Source: an uncultured virus (IMG/VR IMGVR_UViG_3300047157_000165) (lineage: Duplodnaviria; Heunggongvirae; Uroviricota; Caudoviricetes). Taken from it: DNA of 20,000 nt. A program made the position numbers and the translations under genes. The notes beneath the pieces were generated by a model. That model saw only the letters and a program-made list of their open reading frames with translations, made no database searches and was not told the origin of the DNA. Positions 1 to 5,239 of the stretch are shown piece after piece. Position 1 is the stretch's first letter; the number at the start of each line of letters is the position of its first letter. Location: the IMG/VR virus record IMGVR_UViG_3300047157_000165; one strand, 5' to 3'.

Positions 1-288
1 CATGTCTTTATTAGACATATAACCATATGTGTCGTCTAAATCCATTGCACGCCCTTGACAATGTTGTGACCTACTACTTCCACCTATTGCTTTATTTAAT
101 TTTTCAGAACGAAAGAATGAGTTAATTTTAATTGGTCCATTAACAGCTTTTCTTAATGGTTCAAATACTTTTACAGCAATAAGTTCCATGTTTTGTAATT
201 CATACTCGCCTGGTATATTATCTATACCTTTTCTTGATGCTGTAGCGCTGAATGTTGCTTCTTTTTTACTAATGTGTTCACTAATCAT
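1..288 (-). CDS. Peptidase M15 family Zn-dependent peptidoglycan peptidase, probable endolysin (partial; runs off the window edge)
   Basis: Not in the ORF track. Hand translation from the ATG at 288 gives MISEHISKKEATFSATASRKGIDNIPGEYELQNMELIAVKVFEPLRKAVNGPIKINSFFRSEKLNKAIGGSSRSQHCQGRAMDLDDTYGYMSNKDM. It contains the M15A signature (I-x-S-x-x-R...LN-x-A-IGG...S-x-H-x-x-G-x-A-x-D). There is no signal peptide. Confidence 0.9.
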   Translation of the reverse strand, partial: MISEHISKKEATFSATASRKGIDNIPGEYELQNMELIAVKVFEPLRKAVNGPIKINSFFRSEKLNKAIGGSSRSQHCQGRAMDLDDTYGYMSNKDM

Positions 289-290
289 TT

Positions 291-1712
291 TTATAATTTA
301 AATTTACCGCCAATTGTTATTGAATATGTTAATGGAAATGCATCTGTGCTTTTAGCTACATTAAAACCTAAATTCATTCTAAATGTTTTAGTTATAGCAA
401 AATCAAAGTTTGCACCTCCTACAAATAATGCATGTTCGTTAAAAACAAAACCATTATCTAATGTACTGTAGCTCACGGGTGTTAAAGCGGTGGCTAACAT
501 AGGTGATACAGTAAAACGTTTAAAGGGAAATGGTTTAGTACCAAAAAATATAAATGCCGGCATTATATTCCAATCACTTTGACTATATAGTACGTTTGCA
601 GAGGCAGATATACCGCCAACAAACCCTTTCCATTTGTTTTCTTTTTGTCCAATATATACATTACTAATACCAAAAGAAGCATTATAAACACCATACATAT
701 ACATTAATCCAGCGGATAATGTTTGTACGTTGGCAATACTACCTTTATCATAATAATGACCAAACACATACTCTTTACCATCTTCTTTAATTATCACAGG
801 TACTTTTTTATCGTATCTATGAAATGTGTGACCTCTGGATCCACTTAAACTTATTTGTTTTAAATTGTCCCAAACCATCATATTTGCTGAATAATTATAT
901 TCACCATTCATAGATGATTGTGCAAATCCCAAGCCTATTACTTGGTTAGCTGCACCATCCAACCCAGACATTCTCATTAAATTAGCTGATATTATTATTG
1001 GGTTTGTGTTTTTCTTTTTCTTTTCTTTCTCTTCCTCTTCTTCTTCCTCCTCAGATTCTTCTTCGGATTCCTCTTCTTCTTCCTCTTCCTCCTCTTTCTC
1101 CTCTTCTTTTTCTTCTTCCTCTTGCTCTTCTTCTTGTTCCTCTTCTGAATCATCAGAATCATCACTATCATCAGAATCATCAGAGTCATCACCACCATCA
1201 TCATCATCTCCACCGCCGTCGTCGTCACCATCACCTCCGCCATCATCATCACTGTCACCGCCTCCATCATCACTATCGCCACCGCCGTCATCTGAATCAC
1301 CTCCTCCGTCGTCACCACCACCACCATCTGAATCTCCACCAGAGTCTCCACCATTATCTCCGCCAGTATCACCACCAGTATCACCGCCTGAATCTCCTCC
1401 TCCAGAATCAGATCCGCTATTACTATTTGAGGTGGAAGTTTGTGTTGTTGTTTGTGTTGTTTGTGCCGTAGAGCAAGCTGATAATGCATACCACCAAGCA
1501 TATGTCTGCTCCATCCAAGTTCTTAATGCACCACTATAGAAATCATTTGCAGTAAATGTTTTTGTTCTATTATAAAAAGAAACTACAGTATAACCTTCTG
1601 TATTAACAGCTACGCTTTTTAGCTCTCCCGTGCATCTATCCGAAAATATTTGTACTAATGTTTGAGAATATATACTTGAGGAAAATAATAACAGAATTAT
1701 TATTTTTTTCAT
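291..1712 (-). CDS. Secreted protein: small N-terminal domain, long acidic low-complexity linker, C-terminal outer-membrane beta-barrel
   Basis: SPI-type signal MKKIIILLLFSSSIYS|Q. About 65 aa N-domain bracketed by two Cys. Then T/Q, G/D/S, D/S, E and K tracts (about aa 81-236). The last ~235 aa are alternating amphipathic strands rich in Gly and aromatics, ending YSITIGGKFKL. Confidence 0.75.
   Translation of the reverse strand: MKKIIILLLFSSSIYSQTLVQIFSDRCTGELKSVAVNTEGYTVVSFYNRTKTFTANDFYSGALRTWMEQTYAWWYALSACSTAQTTQTTTQTSTSNSNSGSDSGGGDSGGDTGGDTGGDNGGDSGGDSDGGGGDDGGGDSDDGGGDSDDGGGDSDDDGGGDGDDDGGGDDDDGGDDSDDSDDSDDSDDSEEEQEEEQEEEEKEEEKEEEEEEEEESEEESEEEEEEEEKEKKKKNTNPIIISANLMRMSGLDGAANQVIGLGFAQSSMNGEYNYSANMMVWDNLKQISLSGSRGHTFHRYDKKVPVIIKEDGKEYVFGHYYDKGSIANVQTLSAGLMYMYGVYNASFGISNVYIGQKENKWKGFVGGISASANVLYSQSDWNIMPAFIFFGTKPFPFKRFTVSPMLATALTPVSYSTLDNGFVFNEHALFVGGANFDFAITKTFRMNLGFNVAKSTDAFPLTYSITIGGKFKL
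1005..1470 (-). repeat. Low-complexity coding repeat (GGD[S/T/N], GGGDSDD, DDS, poly-E, poly-K) inside the 473-aa ORF
   Basis: Degenerate trinucleotide tracts on the + strand (tcttct/tcctct, tcatca, ccacca/ccgccg), locally more GC-rich than the flanks. Confidence 0.9.
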
Positions 1713-2431
1713 TAATGATCAAATATCTTTTTTCTTATCATTCGTTTAACAACTTTAGCAACCGCAGTCTCTAAAGCTTTCTTAGTTGATGTGCCAATCG
1801 ATGATTGATTAAACTTAACATCTTCTAAATTATCGTTATTTAATAAAGTCAATTCTCTTGTTGTTGTTGCTTTGCCTAAGCCAGATCCTGTCATATATAA
1901 TCCAGATTCTGAGTCAACGAGTTTAACCTGTAATCCTAATCTAGTTACAAGTTTGTTTTTAATACCATCTTTAAGGTTAATAGTTTCATCTTCTGATATA
2001 CTAAAGTCATAGACTTCTATATAACAAAAGTATTTAGCTAAAACTATTTTACCAATAGGATTTATAACATTAGCTGTGAAACCTTTTTCGCTTGCTTTAA
2101 ATTGTTTAATCATTCTATCTTTTATTTCATCTTTTGTTTCTACAAACTCAAAGCGAAATGTTTCATCTAAGAATGCCACAGTTATATTAGTTAAACCTAA
2201 TCCTACTCTATAGTCACCTAATTCAGGATACTGGTTTAATATCTCTTCAGTAACGCCAATGTTAAGCAGAGCTACAGATACAGGATCACCATTATATTCT
2301 GGTACACTCCATATAGATTCTCTTGATTCAAAGCTACCGACATAATCTTCGGTGGTTGTTTTTCCAATTACTTGGCTATGAGCAGAAGCCACAGCCGATA
2401 CAAATATCGCACATAGTATAAATTTTTTCAT
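1712..2431 (-). CDS. csgG: CsgG/HfaB-family (curli-assembly channel-like) envelope protein
   Basis: Signal peptide ending AHS|Q. Layout matches CsgG: VSVALLNI strand, helix GLGLTNITVAFLDETFRFEFVE (compare L-x-x-S/T-x-R/W-F-x-x-V-E-R), AKYFCYIEVYDF, a beta-hairpin, LGLQVKLVDSESGLY (compare L-R-x-V-D/N-x-x-T/S-G-E), and a C-terminal helix KKALETAVAKVV. The symbol denotes family resemblance, not proven curli function. Confidence 0.7.
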   Translation of the reverse strand: MKKFILCAIFVSAVASAHSQVIGKTTTEDYVGSFESRESIWSVPEYNGDPVSVALLNIGVTEEILNQYPELGDYRVGLGLTNITVAFLDETFRFEFVETKDEIKDRMIKQFKASEKGFTANVINPIGKIVLAKYFCYIEVYDFSISEDETINLKDGIKNKLVTRLGLQVKLVDSESGLYMTGSGLGKATTTRELTLLNNDNLEDVKFNQSSIGTSTKKALETAVAKVVKRMIRKKIFDH

Positions 2432-2432
2432 G

Positions 2433-2663
2433 TTACCAATCTATTTCTCTTTTTTCTTCTTTAGGTTTTTGAATAACTGTTTTAGTTATAACCAAAGTAT
2501 CTTTAACAACGCCCGGAGGTATTGATATAGTTTGTTCCATTGAAGGTGGAGGAGAATCGATCTCAGGGCTAAACCAAGCTTCCATGTTTGAAACTACTAA
2601 AGCAGCGCCTGCAGTTATTATTAATCCTATTGCAGTAATTATTTGAGTTTTTATTTCCTTCAT
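2433..2663 (-). CDS. Small single-pass membrane protein with Pro-rich tail
   Basis: N-terminal hydrophobic helix IITAIGLIITAGAALVVS followed by a Pro-rich stretch (SPEIDSPPPS, IPPG). Packed with 1-nt gaps on both sides. Confidence 0.75.
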   Translation of the reverse strand: MKEIKTQIITAIGLIITAGAALVVSNMEAWFSPEIDSPPPSMEQTISIPPGVVKDTLVITKTVIQKPKEEKREIDW

Positions 2664-2664
2664 A

Positions 2665-3024
2665 TTATTTCATTGAGAACGTTTGTCTACCTATAAAATC
2701 ATTAGTATTAGTATACAATTCCACGGTATAAGAACTTACTGGCATTGAATTTACATATATATTTAATATATTGTCTCCTTCTTTTCCAGTTATTATTTCT
2801 TGATTTATTATTGTATTAGAAAAATCTAATATTTTAATTCTATATTTACCATCTTTTGGTAGCTTAGTATTAATCCTAACTTTATCTTTAACAATATAAC
2901 TTTCAAGTTTTAAACCTATAGCCTGCGACATAAATAAAGTCTCAGGAACTTCCTGTATAGGTCTTTCTATATAAATTGTATCTGAACAACTTATAAATAA
3001 AAATAGTAGAATTAGTTTTTTCAT
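2665..3024 (-). CDS. Lipoprotein consisting essentially of a T9SS type-A sorting (CTD)-like Ig domain
   Basis: SPII signal MKKLILLFLFIS|CSDT. The C-terminal ~75 aa (KVRIN...GKYRIKILDFSNTII...GDNILNIYVNSMPVSSYTVELY...QTFSMK) follow the CTD pattern (I-x-I-Y/L-D-x-x-G...G-x-N...L-x-x-G-x-Y-x-V), with some degeneracy. Confidence 0.65.
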   Translation of the reverse strand: MKKLILLFLFISCSDTIYIERPIQEVPETLFMSQAIGLKLESYIVKDKVRINTKLPKDGKYRIKILDFSNTIINQEIITGKEGDNILNIYVNSMPVSSYTVELYTNTNDFIGRQTFSMK

Positions 3025-4646
3025 TATTGTATTTTTAAAATTACTTTAGTTCCTTCCGCTGTTACAGCATCTGTTGTTTGAAAATAAATTAAACCAGATG
3101 TATTTGTTATTGTTTGTTTAGGATTAAATATAATTTTGTATGGTTTGCCTGGTCTTATACTTTCTTGATTCTCTACACTTATGCTACCAAAATATAATTT
3201 ATTACCACGCTCTGTTGCGAAGTTAGTTAATAAGTTACCTGTATTGAATTGAACTTCTTCAAATTCTAATAAAGCATCGTCAAATTGAATAACAAACTGC
3301 ATACCCGCTAAATCTTCTTTTTCGAGTTCAACAATTAATTCAACTTTATCGTTAACTAAACTTGTGGAAATATCTAAATCTAAATTTTCAACAGCACCTT
3401 GAACTAAGGGTTGCTTAACAACACCGCCATCATCTTGCACTATAGGTTCAAATGAATGTGAAAAATCAACATCACCAATAAGGCCATGCCCAAAATCAAA
3501 CACCTTGTTCGCGTCAGTAGGTGTAAACACTTTTTTCTGTCCAAAGTAATAATCATTAGTTGAATAACCATATTGGTTTTTTTCTCCCCAAACATTTTTA
3601 GCACCGTTTGTAGAGCTTGTAAACCATTCACTTACGTTCTCATCCATTATATGACTAAGTAAAACATACGAATCATCAAAATCAACATTACCGCTATTGT
3701 TTACTTCCCCTAATAAAAATTGTATACCATGTGTAAACGTATTTGTAGACCCGCCTGGATTACTACCGGCTTTTATAGCTTCTTTAAATACAAGAAAAAC
3801 ATCTGTAACAGTTGCTACATCATCTAACCAATCGGAAGCTAATTCATCATCAACAGATATGTTAACAGTATATTCAATATTATTTTCTAGTCCAGTTACA
3901 ATAGCTTGTGAGTTAGCATCAAAATAACCATTTGTTACGCTATTATTATTACTCAATATGTCATACTTATAATGCGTTGGTTTGTCGTTTTCAGTTAAAA
4001 GATTTAAAGTAACGCTACCAGCATTTCCGCCTTCCACATCAGCTAACGTTATAGCTTGCTGCATTGCATCAACATCATAAGCGGTGTCTGTTGAATTATC
4101 ATGAGCTTTCATCCAGTTAAGATGAGTGACATTACTATAATTTGAATAATTAGTATTAATTTTATCTTTAATTTTAAAATCAACTTCAATCAAAGTATTG
4201 TTATATGTGATCCCAACACCATCCTGTATTGTTATTCTTTCTACAGACCAATCATCACTTGAAGGGTAAGAATTAGTATTACCTGTTACTTGCGTTCTAT
4301 TCTGCCAACCGTTTAAATACTGTGCGGATAAATCATCTTCATCGTAAGTATCTAGTATGCTAAATTTAAATCCGTCCCAATGTGTTAACGACACTTGTGC
4401 ATTTGTATTTTCTTCATTATCAGTAACTTTAAACCTGTGGGTTATTTTTTGCAAAAGCTTGTTGTTATATTCGTAGTCAAACATGTACAGGTTTGGATCA
4501 GCACCCTCTGTAACCTGTATTGTATTAAACTTTATAGTTATAGTATCACCCACCTTAAAATCAGCTTCATTAATATAACTGTGATCAAGTTTTAAATCTT
4601 GCGCTAAGCAGAATAATGGTAGTAACAAAAACAACAGTTTTCTCAT
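3024..4646 (-). CDS. Secreted cohesin-like / dockerin-like / cohesin-like multidomain protein
   Basis: Signal MRKLLFLLLPLFCLA|Q. N-terminal cohesin-like start (FKVGDTITIKF...FDYEYNNKLLQ). Dockerin/EF-hand-like repeats VATVTDVFLVF, GEVNNSGNVDFDDSYVLLSHI and LIGDVDFS. C-terminal cohesin-like LAGMQFVIQFDDALLEFEEV...KLYFGSI. Confidence 0.7.
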   Translation of the reverse strand: MRKLLFLLLPLFCLAQDLKLDHSYINEADFKVGDTITIKFNTIQVTEGADPNLYMFDYEYNNKLLQKITHRFKVTDNEENTNAQVSLTHWDGFKFSILDTYDEDDLSAQYLNGWQNRTQVTGNTNSYPSSDDWSVERITIQDGVGITYNNTLIEVDFKIKDKINTNYSNYSNVTHLNWMKAHDNSTDTAYDVDAMQQAITLADVEGGNAGSVTLNLLTENDKPTHYKYDILSNNNSVTNGYFDANSQAIVTGLENNIEYTVNISVDDELASDWLDDVATVTDVFLVFKEAIKAGSNPGGSTNTFTHGIQFLLGEVNNSGNVDFDDSYVLLSHIMDENVSEWFTSSTNGAKNVWGEKNQYGYSTNDYYFGQKKVFTPTDANKVFDFGHGLIGDVDFSHSFEPIVQDDGGVVKQPLVQGAVENLDLDISTSLVNDKVELIVELEKEDLAGMQFVIQFDDALLEFEEVQFNTGNLLTNFATERGNKLYFGSISVENQESIRPGKPYKIIFNPKQTITNTSGLIYFQTTDAVTAEGTKVILKIQ

Positions 4647-5107
4647 AATTTTAATTTCTTAATAATGTTTTCAGATAATTTTTTTAATGCAACGCTAACA
4701 CTGTTTTGTGTAAACTTTCCTTGTTCATTTAATAAAATTAAAGATGTAGTTATATCTTTTGACGTACCCTTTACTTTTACTTTTTTCTTTTTGTATTTAG
4801 CTACGGCAATTATTTCAGTTTGACTTGATGATTTGCTATACAACGCAATACTTGATTGAGTTCTTTTTACATCAAAATAAATTAGCTCAACAACCAACAC
4901 ATTATTACTTTTGTCATTTAAGTTATAATCGTAGTCTTGAACCAATTCTTCTAATATGTTCTTCATACCAAACCCTACATTGCGGTTTCCTACTAAAGGT
5001 CCGGTTTGTATAGAGTTTTTTATATCTTGTATTTTTATTTCTTGAGCTGTGGATATAACACAAAACAATAAGCTACTTATTAGCTTTATTTTTTTTATGT
5101 ATGTCAT
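4643..5107 (-). CDS. Short CsgG-like secreted protein, paralog of 1712..2431
   Basis: Signal ending ISTA|Q. Collinear similarity to the 239-aa protein: NVGFGMKNI vs RVGLGLTNI, VELIYFDV vs IEVYDFSI, LLNEQGKFTQNSVSVALKK vs LLNNDNLEDVKFNQSSIGTSTKK. Confidence 0.7.
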   Translation of the reverse strand: MTYIKKIKLISSLLFCVISTAQEIKIQDIKNSIQTGPLVGNRNVGFGMKNILEELVQDYDYNLNDKSNNVLVVELIYFDVKRTQSSIALYSKSSSQTEIIAVAKYKKKKVKVKGTSKDITTSLILLNEQGKFTQNSVSVALKKLSENIIKKLKL

Positions 5108-5237
5108 ACCATCGTGCTATTGTAAAACCTATAGAAACTAACAACAGTACTATTTTTAATATTGTTTCCATCTCTGTCATGGAAAGTGTTAGTGTTGTGC
5201 CATTAAAGGCCATTAGTTTAATATCTTGCCATTCCAT
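5073..5237 (-). CDS. Putative holin (54-aa membrane protein)
   Basis: Not in the ORF track. Hand translation: MEWQDIKLMAFNGTTLTLSMTEMETILKIVLLLVSIGFTIARWYDIHKKNKANK*. It has one strong TM helix, a weaker N-terminal hydrophobic segment and a basic tail. It starts 2 nt after the stop of the large virion gene and fills the only gap on the coding strand. Confidence 0.7.
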   Translation of the reverse strand: MEWQDIKLMAFNGTTLTLSMTEMETILKIVLLLVSIGFTIARWYDIHKKNKANK

Positions 5238-5239
5238 AG

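Noticed and set aside
1005..1470. CRISPR array, curlin (CsgA/B) repeats or collagen-like repeat
   Set aside because: No constant repeat-spacer structure, no Q/N-x4-N curlin periodicity and no sustained Gly-X-Y frame. It is a simple acidic low-complexity linker.
995..1539. ORFs 1006..1539 (+, Ser/Pro-rich), 998..1471 (+, His-rich) and 995..1501 (-, Met/Val/Lys-rich)
   Set aside because: Alternative-frame shadows of the stop-poor low-complexity linker in the 473-aa gene, which has the signal peptide, barrel and coupled junctions.
2433..3024. Canonical Rz/Rz1 two-component spanin
   Set aside because: A TM protein plus lipoprotein pair is present, but the order is reversed, the TM protein has no coiled coil, and the lipoprotein looks like a folded Ig/CTD domain. 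Kept only as a loose analogy.
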